From Camelus ferus (lineage: Eukaryota): a stretch of DNA of 64,000 nucleotides. The stretch covers positions 57,042,001-57,106,000 of the forward strand of contig NC_045707.1 in the NCBI RefSeq assembly GCF_009834535.1. Reading direction: 5' to 3'. Positions 26,401 to 41,600 of this stretch are shown in pieces. Below the pieces are notes generated by a model. It made no database searches and was not told the origin of the DNA. It worked only from the letters and a program-made list of their open reading frames with translations. Position 1 is the stretch's first letter. Every line of letters begins with the position of its first letter. Position numbers and translations under genes: made by a program.

Positions 26401-27876
26401 TTAATATTATGGAATACTACCGTGGTGTAAACATTTGCATTGGTAACATGGTTAGTTGTAAAACACTTTAGATGGGGATAGGTGTTGCTTTTACCCTTAA
26501 AACAAAACATTTTGAGGGGGTAAAGGAAATGGCTCCAATGAGATGCAAATTATTCAGGAAGCTATGGAGAGTGTCACTGATTGGCTGTATGGATATTGTA
26601 TGTACCAAGGTCATGTGCTTTGTTCATTAGTATGGTTTATATTTGTTATATTTTTCTACTCTAATTTTAAGTTCTAGTTACTACTACCAACTTATTTAAC
26701 AATGCAGTACTAACTTGACTTGGGATAACTTATGATATTAGGGAAAGTCCTAGTACATGTTCTTGAAAATGCAAGGCAAGCTGTGGTTAGGGTACTATTC
26801 AACTATGCTGGCCAAATGCAAGTTGTAAGCTCCTACTTTTAAAAAATAATCAATATTCTAACATTGAATTTTTAAAACACTATTTTCATGTTATCATGCA
26901 ATTTTGGCCTTCTATTTTCTAATGATATTTAAGTTTCAGGAGGAAGATAATCCCAAGGAACAAACTTCATTCCTCCATCCCCTTTTGAATGAAATATTGA
27001 AAAATAGTAAATGCATAATACATCAATGTTTGTAGACTTTAAGAAATTGATATAATTACCTTAATTCTAAAATTCAATTTCTTGTCTTATCACATGTGCT
27101 CCTGAAATTTAAACATTTTAAGACCTCAAAATCATTTCCTTCATGCAATTGCTAAAAGAAAGCTTAGGAGATTAAAATGTCAGGAGAAGGTAGTACAAAC
27201 ATAGTAAAGATGTGGGAAAGAAAGTTGAATTGTGAATCAGAAGATGATATTTTAAGCCCCAACTTTCCCACGCATTTGCTGCATATCTTTGAGTGGCTGA
27301 CTTGTATAGTGTACACTTTCTAATATTACTGTCAACTTCCTAATACTCACAAGATTATGGAATAACCTAAGAAGCATGGAAACTATAAACTTCAAATCTG
27401 AGTTACAAAGGGCTCAAAACTAAGTGAATTACTAAAGCAATCTAGTCTAAAAGGCATCCAACTAAACAAACAAAAAAAATTACCAGTGTTCCTTCAGTAA
27501 GTCCCCAATTTACTATCAGGAAGGGACCGGGAACAACATTCCACAGGGTCTTGCAAAAGTGAAATTGTTTACTGGAAAGTAATACAAGCCCCTCTAGTTT
27601 TCAACAACAGCACGAGTTACTGTATTGTTCCATTACATTTGTGTGTGGTTCTGTGTGTTTACACCTTTTTTAATGGTATTGAAAGTGATTATATTCAAAA
27701 TAAAGTCACGAATGAAATTATGTAAATCCCAACTCAAATTCACAAATAAATTAAATTTATTTCCTGAGACTAGGCCCTCCATTTCAAGTAGCTGGCAGTA
27801 AAAAGGTTTCAATATGAATGAACTTCGGTTTTATGTAATCAAATAATTTCAGTTCCAAGCAACCTAGCATGTGTTC

Positions 27877-27934
27877 TGAGAATCTAAATGAAATGCTACT
27901 TAAATTGAGAATCTAAATGAAATACTACTTAAAT
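27877..27934. repeat. 29-bp tandem duplication with one mismatch
   Basis: tgagaatctaaatgaaat(g/a)ctacttaaat x2. Confidence 0.9.
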
Positions 27935-29044
27935 GTGCAGTGGACTTTTATATGCATGGCATGTGAAAACTGTGTCATAACAGGATACACAGATACACAC
28001 ACATGTGCACTTCACACAGACAAATCACAGTACGCTGTGCTTTTGAAATCAAGTCAACCTTGCTAATGTCGGATTTAAAACTCTTCATTTTGTGGTGCTA
28101 AATATGTATATTTAGGTAATCAATGTCTGGAACAGCTGATTGGAATTTGTAATGCATTTCTCTTTAGAATAATTATGTTAATTAAGACATAACATTTTCA
28201 GCTTACAGATGTTAAAAAAATTGAGATGGCACCATATTTTGTTCACATTTGCTCACCAGAATTTCAAACAGTTTCTGAAATACGTAATTTTGTTTTTCAT
28301 AGAATTAACCAATAGATATAGATTGCATGATGGAATTATAGCCCATTGTCTGGTTCAAATTTGAGGAGATCATATTCTGTTTGCCCTCCTGACTGTTGAA
28401 GTTTATTGGAACAAGATACATTTTATAATTAATAATAATGTGAGGTCTGTGTAAATTTACTGTTAGTATTATAGAGGGAAGATTTATTCTCTGTGCTACT
28501 GTGTTAAGAAGTAGATTCATTTGTTAAGTTATTTTGACTTATGTTTCATTCTTGGTTCTAATGGAGCCATGTATTTATTTGTTCTGGCCGTATCAGTAAG
28601 GAAGTATTTGTTGTGTGCCACAGCACACAAATGAGCCCTAAAGATAATTTTTCCAACCAGAGAATTCCTTTGTATCACAATAACACAAAATCAATTGAAC
28701 TGAAACAGATTACAACAAATTCAGCTTTTTCATCCTGCCTGTATAAATGGAGCTAACCTTCCTCTTGCCAAGACGCAGAACCTGTTTTCAATAGGGAACA
28801 GCAAGAAAAGAAAATCATAGCTCCTTTTTCCTCTTATAGTTTTGGGGGCTGAAATGTGTGATAGTGAGAAGATAAAACTATCTATATTAGCATGAGGTCA
28901 AATAAATGTATGCCATCTCTAAAAGATAAATGAACAACAAGAAGAGAAATAAAGGTGGGAGACTGTCATTGCATTTAATTCTAACAAAGAGGTGTTGCTA
29001 TGATCCTTCTTTTACTTTATGGAAACTTCAGAGAGGTTAGTTAG

Positions 29045-29290
29045 CTAAAGGATAGCATGGGGGTTAAGCGAGCTGACTGACCAGGCTGGTTGTTGGCGCT
29101 CAAGTTCTGACTCTGCGCTCACTGACTCTATGCTCCAAGTAGTCTTTTCTTCAGTGTCCTCATCTACAAATGTGTATCAGTGTGTGTCTTATTGGATTGT
29201 TGTGAAGATTAAATGAATTATAGATATAAATCACTTAGGATAGTGCTTCACACATAGTAAGTGATAAGTGCATGTCAGCTATTATTATCT
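29045..29290 (+). mobile_element. MIR SINE
   Basis: Core sequence cagtgtcctcatctacaaatg...gttgtgaagattaaatgaattata. Confidence 0.65.
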
Positions 29291-29639
29291 TGGGTCCAAA
29301 CTTAATTTGCCTACATATAGAAACTTTGATCTTTCAAACCATGTATTATATCTCAGAAGAATATGAAGTGGTTCAGATGAAGAAGAGAGCACATTAGATA
29401 AAGCTCTGTGGTAGTCCTCACTGTATTCAACTGTAATGCAGTTTATTTAATTACATTTAAATACAGTTTTAAATTTTAAATGGGAAGTATAGTAAGTGCA
29501 ATAACCAGAGTATGTACAAGTTATAATATTTGTATAGAACTGAAAATTAATTCTGTCTGGGAAAGATCTTGGAATCTCAACAGGAAGGATAAAGCAAAAA
29601 CTGTGTCTGAAAGATGAGTGTGTTTGCCACAATTATGAT

Positions 29640-29980
29640 GCAAAGACGGATGTTCCAGGCAGAATAAAAACGCATCTACAAAGTCATGGAGGGTAAGATA
29701 GAATGAGGTATTTAGAAAACGGCAAGTATTTCAGTATTGATAGAACAGAATAAGCTGGGAGATAGCCAGGGGCCAGATCACCAAGGGTCTTTTTAATTAT
29801 GCGAAGATGTTTGACTTTTATTTTCAGGGCAAGTGGGGCGTTTCTAAGAGGCATCTCTTACAAAAGGATTTGTGCTTAGAAAGGTCTTTCTGAAAGTTGG
29901 AACAAGGATAGGAGGGAGGGAGTACCAAAGGAAAGACAAACTGGGAGTTCATTGCCATGTCTACAAGTGAGAGTTTGAAC
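29640..29980 (-). mobile_element. L2 remnant
   Basis: gttccaggcaga...ggggccagatcaccaagggtct...tttgacttttatttt resembles antisense L2. Confidence 0.5.
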
Positions 29981-30699
29981 AAAAGCTTTGATAGTATTTG
30001 ATCAATTTACAAAATGTCATATTTAATGTTAGAGAGGGCACTTTTATCTCTTTCTGCAGCCAATCTGTGTAACTGCTAAGCAAAATTCTAACTCCTTTTT
30101 AAGATTCAATAAGTAATTGGATCTTAACAAAAACATAGAATACTTAAAAATTGCCTTTTGATCAGGGATCCTAGATGGTTGTCAACCCTGAGAGTTTCGT
30201 GCATTGCAAAATAGCAGTCTTTCAAAAGGTATTCTTGGCTAGATCATGCAAAGAAAAATGTATAATGCAGTGGAAGAATTCTCATCTCCAGTAATTTAGG
30301 ATCTTGGGTGGGAGATGAAGCTTATGCGTGTGGTGTCCGTCACCAGTCTTTAAGAGTGATGCTGACACTATGAGTTTCCAGATTAAAAAAGGCATTGTGG
30401 ACTAGGATGATCACAAAATAAAAGGAAGTGTTATGATTTAGGCAAGCAGTAAGATTTTGATAGTCAAAGAAGAAGAGAAAGCACTTACCAGCTCTGGAAA
30501 ATGGTACTTGCAAAGATGGAATTACTCATGTTGCAAATGATTTGCCAATGTCAGTTCTCAGTTCTGGTTAGAAGGAAGGGAAGATGATTAGAACGGAAAA
30601 TCGAGACTAAACCAATTTTAGGCTTTGTAATCTAGGTTGAGGATTATTCTTCAGGCATTTCAGGAACAATCAAAGGGTTTTAAGAGGACAGTGTGATGA

Positions 30700-30935
30700 T
30701 AAATAGCTCACATTTATTGACTTTTTCCTTTGTACAAGTCACTTCTGTAATCACATTACATATATTTTCTTAGCCAATTCTCATACCAACCCTCTGAAGT
30801 AGGTTCTGCTATCAGCTGCATTTTACAGATGAGGAAACTGAGGCACAACAAGGTAAAGTGACTTGTCTGTGGATGCAGATCTAAGAAGGGAGGGCACCAG
30901 GAATCCAGCCCAAGCGTTCTGACTTCGGAGCCCAC
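30700..30935 (-). mobile_element. MIR SINE
   Basis: Core sequence cattttacagatgaggaaactgaggcaca...ggtaaagtgacttg. Confidence 0.75.
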
Positions 30936-32286
30936 TGTATTACCTGCACTGCTTTGACAGCAGATTTTTTCATGGCAGTGTATTGGAAGGGTAAGAAGCC
31001 TGGAGAGTGGGGCCAATTAAAACGCTGAGAGAAAAAAGAACAGTGGCAGTGAAAGCAGAAAGTAAAAGAAGATGAAACAGAAAGTAAGAATGGGAAACTG
31101 ACAGGCATTAAATGGAAGGTGACTGAAGTGGCCACCCTGAGTGACAGGGGTGATGATACTGCATGGTATTTAGACAGTCATATCACAAATTGGCAGTCTC
31201 AAAATAGCATCTTAGGTGAAGTGGTCTGAGAATGAAGTCTCATTTCACTGACAGCAGTGAATCATCCACACTGGGAAAAATTTGGAAAAGAAGACTTTAC
31301 TGCCCTCACATTCTATGAATTTTTGAGTAACTAACAAATTTCAGTTCTCAGAGTTTAACATCTTATTGAATTTATTATTTACAAGTTGTTCTTCCAAACT
31401 CTAAGGGCCTGAGAACAGGGACTTTGTATGCCCTGAGGCTAGGTTAGGCATTCAGTCATTGGATTTTTAGAGACCTACTATGTGTCGGGTTTTTGTCTTC
31501 CAAACAAAAAATAAAATTGATCAAAGCTCTAACTCAGTAAAATGTTAAAGATATTCTGGGCAAATTGCTTAGTACAAAGGAGCCTAGAAAAATAAGTCGT
31601 AAATATTGCCTCTAGGTCCAGGGTGGGATGGCTTCAGAGAGGAAGTATTTTTGTTGTGTCTTGAAAATCAAGATAAAGTGAGTGGAACAACAAGGCAGGA
31701 AGGCATGTGGACTTTATTTAGTGTCAAAGAAACGTAGCTTAGAAACATAAGCATTCCCCACCAACGAGGTCAAAGCTGAAACAGTTAAAGTCATAAAACC
31801 TAAAAAGGAGGATTTCCATTTGGATTGGCTCGTTTAAGCAAAGTCATACTTGCTTACATTAATTGGGTTAGGACTTAGAAACCACAACCCTGGCAAATGT
31901 TCTTGATTTATTTACCTTTCTTAGACACTCTTGATCCTTGACCTAGAAATCCTTGGGTCCAGGCGTAACTAGGGTGCCTGCGCCTTGTTCCTGTCTTCAG
32001 ATCAGGCACAGCAAGTGCAAGCTTCCCTCTGCACGTTTCTGCATGAACGTGCAAGCCACTCACACACCGGGGTGTTCCCCACGCCTTGGGCCTTCGTCAT
32101 GTGTCACGTCCCGTTTACAGTAGCTCACTGACACCCTTACTGAGCGAGTCTGAGGACTTTGGGAGAATCTTAATGGCATTCTTTACTGTGGATGAGAATG
32201 TGTTTCGTAAAAATCCTCAATGACTCAGAGGCTTTTCTGATTAAAAGTGACCTTCCCTTATAATTAGTACTTTTCTTGTATCTCTC

Positions 32287-32287
<1 letters not shown>

Positions 32288-32317
<30 letters not shown>

Positions 32318-32324
32318 GTGTGTG
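32288..32324. repeat. (TG)n microsatellite
   Basis: Direct reading; one CG interruption. Confidence 0.95.
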
Positions 32325-35065
32325 AGTTTCCACGCAGATACAATTCTGTGCCTGAAACTTCCCCTAGAAGAAAGTGCTACTGATGTCCTCTAAGAATCTG
32401 GTCTAAAACTTAAAACAGAAGTCAGTACCTGTAATGTATAGTGTAGGTGCCCGTGTAGTAATATATGAGTGATCTGGGGGCAAAGGATGGTTAAATATTA
32501 GATTTTCTGGGAAAAAAAGAAAGACAAAAGTATTTCTTCAGGCCTAAATAGAAAGACAGTAATTTTAGACTCAGATTTGTCCTGGGGAAAGTGACCATGA
32601 CATCACTCTGGAAGAACTGTCACTTAACCTTTGAAAAGGTGGACTCTGGGATACAGAGAGAATGCATACATCTCCACACATGCACTGGACAAACAGGAGA
32701 CACCAGTGTATCCCAAATGCCTGTTGGTGCCAAGTCAGTTTTTTATTTATGATTGCCTAAATAGTTCAGGTCACTATTTCTTTGAGATGGGATTTGGATC
32801 AGAGAGATGAAGAAGGTAGGGTAGATCGGAACAGCTACTTTGGCTTTTGCTCTCAGTGAGACAGGGAGTAACTGGAAGTGAGCAGAGAAGTCACATTTTC
32901 TGACTTAAATTTTCACAGGATCTCTCCAGCTTGTGTGGTGCATTTTTTATTAGGGAACTGGTCAGAATTTTCACAATTAAAATGTTCTAGCTTTTAAAAA
33001 TGGCTTACGTACAACTCATGTTTATCTTTTGTGAAAATGTTGTGTTCTTCCTAGGTGTTTTTTGCCTATTGCCTGGCTTTTTTTTTTTTTGCTAAACGTA
33101 CCAAAAACCAATTGTAAATGTATACTTGTTTCTTCCTCTTTAATGCCACTCACCCGTCACATACTGGAAGTGCTCCTTTGCCTGATGGTTATAATGTTAC
33201 AACTCTCAGTAATGCTCTTCGGCTCTGTGGAGGCCTACTTTAAATTTTCCTGCAGGTCTTCTGTGTTCAGTCCTGCCTCTGACCTTCCACCCTAACTGCT
33301 TATCCTGCTTGGGACGTAGTCCCTGCCTCCTTCCCACCCACCCTTCATGGCCAGTTGTTGCTACAAAGCCTTCACTGATCATTTCCCTTGCTACTAACCC
33401 CTTCTCCAAAATCCTCACACTCAGAATGTGCATCACTGAGTTTTAGCTTCTATTTGTGCGTTGTTCTATGTTCTTAGACAGTTTTATGTGTTTGCTTTTT
33501 CTGTCTAACCAGGGAGCTCCTGGAAAACTGGGTGCATGTCTGTATTTCCACAGGTCTCAGCTCAAAATAAGTGCTTGTTCAATAAGTACCTGATGGTTGG
33601 TTGTTTAACCCTTAAACCCATTTCTGTCACTTTATCTGTCATGGAGAGACTAGGCTATTCAAATCTGGTTTTCAGTGAAGGAATGTCATTGGGAAGCCTG
33701 AGCAAATGGGTGGGGGTAGAGCAAGCCAGGTGAGGGAGCCCCTCTAGTTTTCACCTGGGATTCAGGGCACCAGTGTTCCTGTTCCCTTGCCCAGGTGCTG
33801 AACAGGTTACACATGCTTCTTTGCTATCCCATCAAATGAAAGAGGAGTTGCTTTATGTGCCTCTCAGCTACTGGAAAACTTTAATTTTTGTTTTGCCTCC
33901 TTGTTTCTTTTTCACATTGCATTTTTGGTAACAACCATTGCCAACACGGAAAGAGAAAGCTTTTGGATTAAAAGGCATTTTTATTATGTATTTTTAACAT
34001 ATTACAGCTCACCACAATAATCAATTAATCAATTAGTAGTAGGAAGTAATCAAATGCTTCATCTGGAGTTCATATATAATATTAATGATGGATTCCTAAG
34101 CAAGACAGGCACATGTTCAAAATAAAACAATTTTATGTATATTTATATGTATACATTATATACATATATAATGTGTGTGTGTAAGATCTATAAAATCTAT
34201 GCATCTAAAGTACAGGGAATATATTTTCCAATATAATCTTGGCCAGGTATATTATCAATTTGAGATTCAAAGAAAACACAATCTTGCTGTTCAGTAACGA
34301 GTGATCTGATACTGGTTTTGTAAATGGATGTCAGGATCAGCAGTAGGGACAATGATTAAAGATGCATGTGTCAAGGCTCTTTACATCTTCTTGTTTTCAG
34401 AAACAACCATTGGTTGCCATTGAGATGTTTTGGTTTCATTAAAACCAGTAGTGATTATAAATGAGATTAAGTGTACTGCTGAATTTTACACCTTACATTG
34501 CTTTGTAGTGATGGAAGTCAACTTGCCTTGGAGTTTTCTTCAAATGAGAAGTAATGTAGTCGAGACAAAACATGGACTCCTACGATAGCCCCTAGACCCA
34601 GAGAGCATGCGAAAATCAAGCACATCACTTGAATGGGGCTAAAAGGACCAGCTTTATCTTCTGCCTCTGTATACAGGCACTTTATCTACTATTGAAATAA
34701 TAAGGGGAAGCAGGCAAGGCAGACCCCATAGGGCATGCTTGAATATGCATATGTGGGCCATTTTCTTGTTTAAGGGCTGTTTGCTGATAATAAAATTCAG
34801 CTTCTTAGTCCATTAACATTTAATGTTTGAATTTTAGTGAATACGTGTTGGAGAAAATTATTTTTAGATGTCACTATTTCATTTCTAATAAAATCAGTGG
34901 ATGATTTGCATGTATTATTCAAAGGAGAAGGAATTCTGTTATTCTGTATTAATTCATGAAAAGCTTACGAAGGATTATGGGCTTTTTTTAAATACTGTCA
35001 TTAAAAATAATCACTGCCATCTTTTCCCATTGTAGCTGACTCATAATCTTTGCTGTGTACTTCAG

Positions 35066-35147
35066 GCATGAACTTCTAGAAGAAGCTCGGAGGAAGGGAT
35101 TACCTTTTGCCCAGTGGGATGGTCCCACTGTAGTCGCATGGCTAGAG
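35066..35147 (+). CDS. PPFIA2: PPFIA2 exon [28 protein letters not shown] (start of SAM1)
   Basis: Acceptor ttcag|G, donor GAG|gtaaga, 82 nt, phase 2 to 0. Confidence 0.95.
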
Positions 35148-36554
35148 GTAAGATAATTAAACCAAAAGGCTCTTAAACCAATCCCTGCTAATTTGATAGT
35201 GTTTTTAGAGACAAGTAGAGACAGGTTCCTGATGTCCTAGTTTTCCAATAGTCTGGAATAGCTTATAAAGGGAATACTTACTTTAACTTGGGACCCATGG
35301 GCATTGTGGCAATTTTACTCAGATGCTCTCTTGTGATTGTGGTAGAAGGAAGCAGGCAGTGGGATATAAAGAAATTTTGGTAAATTCCATCTTCTTCATG
35401 TCTAGAGTAAGTCAGAAGAAACAATTTTTGAGTGACAGTTCTGTCATTGCAAGAAAACATCTGTCGCAGTACATCAGTCTAGAGTCCTTCCTCACCAGCA
35501 GGTTAACAGAGAAGAGCCATCTCCGTATTTAACATGTTATCCAAGATATCACTGCCAAACTGATTCCAAGAGAGCCACTTCTTTGCCTGCAGTGTAATCC
35601 CTGAACCTAATTCTCTAGAGCCTAGGGGCCAGCTAGGTTTAGACAATTGGAGTAATCCAGGAGAAGACATCTCCTTGTTCCCTCTGTGTCTAACCCGAAT
35701 GTTTTAATAAAACAAGAACTACGTTCAGCGTTTCCTACACAACACAAGGGTCTGGAAAAATGAATACCTGAGCAGCAGGAGCAGACTGGGACAGTGAAGG
35801 AAATGACAGTTAGCTACTATTCTGGCAAGTGATGAACACATTCTTTATATTAAAAAAAAAAAAGATTTACTGGGGTTCAGGGACTAGGAAATGACAGGTA
35901 GTGAAGTTTGTACTAATTAAAACTATCCTGAGCACACAGAAATTGCTCCTAATGTGCTCCCTAAAGTGACTCAAATTATAAAATGGAATAAACAAGATGA
36001 ATGAGCTGGCTGATGCAGTGAATGAGAGCTCTTAACTTTCACCTCCTTTAGCATCTTCTTGAGGGCACAGCCCATTAAGAGTGATGTGTAGGAATAATTC
36101 TGATGCTTCACACACCATCTATCCACATCAAAAACTTTTAAAAAGTCTAATCAAGGATGACTTTGGTAACAATGTATCGGCGAGCATTTGGGTAATGTTA
36201 ACCTGTGTGGAAACGCAAATTTCTTAGCATAGAGAAGGCAACAATCACTAGGGTGCGGTGAAGGTATATTTTGGTGTTTGGTTGTTTTAAACAATTTGAG
36301 TTTATAAACTATAAATTAGGTTCCATGTTCTCTCATATCTAATCACATCTGTTATGACAAGGTCAATTCCTTGTGCCTCACCTGTGGGGGATCCTGTCAA
36401 CTCTTCAGTCATACATGGTACCTGGGTACCCTCCCTCCTCTTTCTTATCTCAGTCACTGCCCAGGCCACCTTGACTGAAAGATTTGGCCTTTTGTTTGTT
36501 TCCTCTTCAGAAGCAAACAACTTTTTAATATGGCAGAATTTTTTAAATTAAAAA

Positions 36555-37075
36555 AAAATCTGTTAATTTGTTACATGATAATAAATAACTATCCCCAAAC
36601 TTAGCTTTTATTTTCCTCATGGCTTCTGTGAGTCAGGATCTGGACATGGCTTAGCTACCACCTCTGTCCGAAGTCTCCCCCGAGGCTGCAGGCACAGTGT
36701 CAGCTGGGGTGGCAGTCATCTCAAGGCTTGGCCTAGGGAACATCCAACTCCAGGCTGACTCAGTTCCTTGGAGCTGCTGGCCAGACACATCTGTTCCTGT
36801 CCACGTGGGCATCTCACAGTACTGCTCACAACGTGGCAGCTGGCTTCCCCCGGAGCAAGAGCTCGGAGAAGACATGGGGGGAGAGGACTGGCAGGAATGA
36901 AGCTGCAGTCTTGTTTTGTAACATAATCTGGAAAGTGACACTCATCACTTTTATCATAGTCTTTTCATTAAAATTAGTCACTGGGTCCAGCCCAAACTCA
37001 AAGGAAGAGGATTATGCAGGACAGGTTATCAGGAAGTGAGATCATCGGGAACTGGCTTGGGAGCGGCTTAACACA
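36555..37075 (-). mobile_element. MaLR solo LTR (MLT1 family)
   Basis: ttctgtgagtcaggatctggacatggcttagct...gtcagctggggtggcagtcatctcaaggc...tagtcactgggtccagcccaaactcaaagg is MLT1-like. Confidence 0.65.
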
Positions 37076-37624
37076 ATTATCATAGAAATAAAAAAGCTGA
37101 ATCCCTTCAGTTTACAAACGAGGAAAGTAAGGCTGAGGTTTAGAGGACTTGTAAAACTCACCAATGACTGGGAAGGAAAGACAGCCCAGGCCTTTTGATC
37201 CTTGGTCCAGAGCCCTTGACATCGAATACTGCCGATTTATAGTTTTTCTTTGTTCTCTTACTCTTTTTCTTACTCTCATGCTCTCTCTCCTTTTACTCAA
37301 TCTATTCATATCAACAAATAAAACAGCCAAAAAAAAAAAAAATCAGTATTTTGGACATTTAAAGACCAAGATCTGAACCGCTCACTTCCATGTGCCCTGC
37401 TTCCTACTCAAAGCTAATGAGGTGGTGGGGGAGGGGGAGGGATGGAAAGACTGTTCCCTATTTAAGTGTCAGTAATTCAGATGCTACAGCACGCTGCGTG
37501 TGAGTCGGTGCTTCACCCTGTGCTTCGATGTGTGCCAGACATGTGCTGTGCTCGTTGCTCTACCAATTCAGTTGTCTTTCCAGAGCCTCACAGCAAGGTT
37601 GAAAAACAGAAACCCTGGTTTCTT

Positions 37625-37701
37625 TCTTTTTTTTTTCAATTGAAGTTTAGTTGATTAACAATGTTGTGTTAGTTTCTGGTGTAAAGCATAGTGATTCAGT
37701 T
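37625..37701 (-). mobile_element. Very short L1 3' end
   Basis: PolyT then aattgaagtttagttgattaacaatgttgtgttagtttctggtgtaaagcatagtgattcagtt; homologous to 4900-4960. Confidence 0.7.
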
Positions 37702-38129
37702 AGGAGTCCCTAAGTTCTAACGCATGATTTATTTTGTTACTCTCTTTAGCTAAAGTCTTCCAGATGTTTATAACGTTAGCCTCTTCCATTAGCCCATCAC
37801 TTCATTCTCCAAAAACTATTTTCACATTAAGCGTCTAATTGAGTTCATCTGACTGTCACAGTGTAGCCAAGTAGATGGAAAATGTGGCTTCACCACACTA
37901 CAGCCCATGATCAAAATCAGTCTTTCTGTGACAGAATTTCTTTGTACTCACTATTCTAAAAGATAATTATAAATTGAAGTCATACATTAAACAAATACTG
38001 ATGGCGTCTTTACCAAATGCAGTTGTGGCTGTTTTTCCTGTCCTCAAACCCAGGAGGTGATGGTGTGGTGCAGCTATTATTTTTTTTTATCCCTAATAAT
38101 ATAAATTAGTTTTTAAATTGCAGACCCTG

Positions 38130-38672
<543 letters not shown>

Positions 38673-41600
38673 TGAATTATTGTGAGGAGGCTTAGCTTGC
38701 TCTTCATTAACCTTACTGCTACTTTTAATTCTCCTATCAGAAGTGAAGGCTGCAACCAAGATAGACTTTGAACTAGTCACTAGACCTAAAGTTCAGATTT
38801 TTCTCCCAAGCAACAAGACCACGAGTTTACTCTTTTTTAGGATGTCTCTCCTTTTTTTTTTTTTTTTTTTTAAATGTAATCCAACATCTCAGGAGATGAG
38901 CTGGAGCTGAAGATATAATACTAAACTCACTACTTCTTAAGCAGTTTTCATAATTATGAAAGTACATAGATATTTAATGTTTTATAAATACCAAGTAGAA
39001 TACCTTCTTTCAAAATCTGTTTACCTTTTATAAATCCCTATTCCTCTCATAATTTTGTCCTTTTCTTAATATTAGGAAAGAACAAAATGTCTAAAAAGGC
39101 ATGCCAGATGACACATTCAAACACTAAGAAAAACTCCTAAGTAATACTAATTCTTTCTTTACTCCTTTCCCAAATTGTATCTTTTGCTGATAAAGGATAT
39201 GATTTCTAATGTTAACTGGATTTTTCTGTTCCTGTGTCTTATATATAATGATAAAATATTGAAGAATGAGATAAATTTAAATAGTAGATTAAAGAAAAGT
39301 ATTGTAGTTTTCAGGCACAAAGCTAGTTTGGGTATAGCTTTTTACACATGGTCTTAAACATGGAACATAAATTAGAGAATTTTCTTCATTTTTATTGCAT
39401 ATATCCTTAAATTCCTTCCCAGTATACTAGATTCTAATGCTAGAAATACAAGGCCAAATTTATAAAGCTTTTATATTGCTTGTGAAATTCCATTTTAACT
39501 TCTTCCTAAGTAACATGTAGGAAAAAATACATACTTAACAAGTTCTTATATATAACTTGTATAACATTTTTAAATGTATATAAATGTATATTGTTCTAAA
39601 ATATTACTAACATTAAAAAACAATTCAGAATATGTTTAAAATAAAAACTGAGTAAGTCATTAAAATAGTTTATGTAATCTGAATTCAGATCTGATGATGG
39701 ATTTCCTGCATAACTCCCAAGTAAGAGTGTCATGACTAGTTTATGTCAGCAAATTTGGACAAAAATATTTAAAATTCCTAATCTTGGAGAAGTAAGAGCA
39801 ATAGACGTCTCAACTTTAAGATGAAAAATAGAGTACAATTTATTGTTTCTATTTAGTACCCTAACCTATTATTTCTTAAAGGAAAATAGAATAATTAAGC
39901 ACTATTTTTTCTAAAAATGTCTAAGCAAACTGAAGGAACTTAAATCAGAAACTATTAAAGGTAAGAGTGCACTCAGTTGTTCGAAGAACTCTCAAATGTG
40001 AGGAGAACCTATGAACTTCTTCCTGATCTAGTCTCAGTTCACCTCAAAGGTTTTATTCCTTCCGGTCAGGATCCCAACATTGCAGAACTACTTTAAGTTT
40101 TCTAGATTTCTATGATTTTTGGTTGATTATGAGCTTTTTCAATTGCTCTTCCCTTTGCTTGGAACATTCTTTTCACACCAGGACCACCATCCTTCCCCAA
40201 CCCATCCTTTATCTAGTGATTCCTGAATGTCCTTCCTCTAAAAAGTCTTCATGAAGCCCCAAAGTCTGGGTTGGCTTCCCTTCCCAAGTTACCACTCTGT
40301 ATACTTATAAAACTTATTTTATCATTGTCTTTTCTTGATTCATCCCACACTAAGCCAAGCAGGTATATTATCAGGTTTTCCGTAGTGTCCAGTCCTTAAT
40401 TCAGTGCCTGGCAAATTGTAGATAGTAAATGTGCATCTTAAAATCATGACTGCACAAGTCATTCTACCCACCAGTACAGAGGATGTGAAATATGTATGGC
40501 CCTGACTTCAGAGAGGGTACCTGTACTAAGAAAAGGAAGACGTGTTCACCTGTAGGTTTAGTAGAAGACGACGTAGTTTAATTCCTAAATGTGAGATAGA
40601 AGCAGAGTGTGGTGGAATTCCAAGGTAGCAGAAATCAGTTCTGGTTGAATAAGGCTTCAAAGAGGAATTAACATTTGAAAGACAGGTAATATATTGTTAA
40701 TTAATTTTCAAAATTATTAAAATTTTCACTATTAACTTTTTGATAGAGACCTTTCCATATGATTTTCTTTCTCATTTTATAAAGATGAATTATTTTCACA
40801 TAATATTTTATTTTGTACTTTTCAAACTTAGTAATATAGCACAAACACTTTCCTCATTTTATTAAATGTGCAATTGACATTTTTATCACTGCATACCTCC
40901 TTAATGAAAATACCATAATTTATTTAACCAAGTCCCTAACATTGGACATTTTACTTATTTCATAATTTTCATTGTATTTATAATACCATAGTGGATTTGC
41001 ATGTAGTTATGTTATTGCATTAAGTGTGGTTATTTCCATGCAATATTTGTATATAGGGCATTTATAGTCTTAGTACTTTTAAACCTTATTTGCCAAATTG
41101 TATTGTGTAGTCTTTTTTCTTTCCTTGGTCAGTGTTAATTATTCCATTGCTTACATTTACATTTTAAAAGTTAGTAGTAAATTTAAATTTTTTTCATATG
41201 CTTATTTATTTTAGCATTTAAATGAATTACCTATTCATAACTTTTTCCATTTTTCTATAGCATTATAAGAATAATCATCTTTTTACTAACATGTAAAAGC
41301 TCTTTGTTCACAGAGGACATATGCCCTTTGCCAAATATTGGTGCAAGTTACATAAGAGATAAGTTGTCTCTATTTGCTTTAAAAATTATCTACTGAGTAC
41401 TTTTTATTTCTTTTACTCCATCAAGATTGGAAGCATTTACTTATTTTTAATATATTTCAAATCTAATTTGCTTTGCAAAAAAGTTACCTATGAATTTCTA
41501 GTAATTAATCCTCTATATAAAGTGAAGATTAAAACATTTTAAAGTCATCACCTAAAATTATATATTAGGATTCACACTTTGCAAATGCAAAATGGGCTTT

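Noticed and set aside
27877..27934. 29-bp repeat (and smaller duplications near 1965-2030 and 61110-61155) as CRISPR-like arrays
   Set aside because: Two or three adjacent copies with no spacers in a mammalian intron; these are slippage duplications.
11976..35065. Hidden coding exon or nested gene in the 23-kb intron
   Set aside because: Exons C and D join in phase (KKK-HELL) with no missing residues, and I could not support any nested gene by eye. Rare cassette exons or lncRNA exons cannot be excluded without RNA data.
36651..37039. Cluster of overlapping ORFs in GC-richer DNA
   Set aside because: Explained by the MLT1 LTR.
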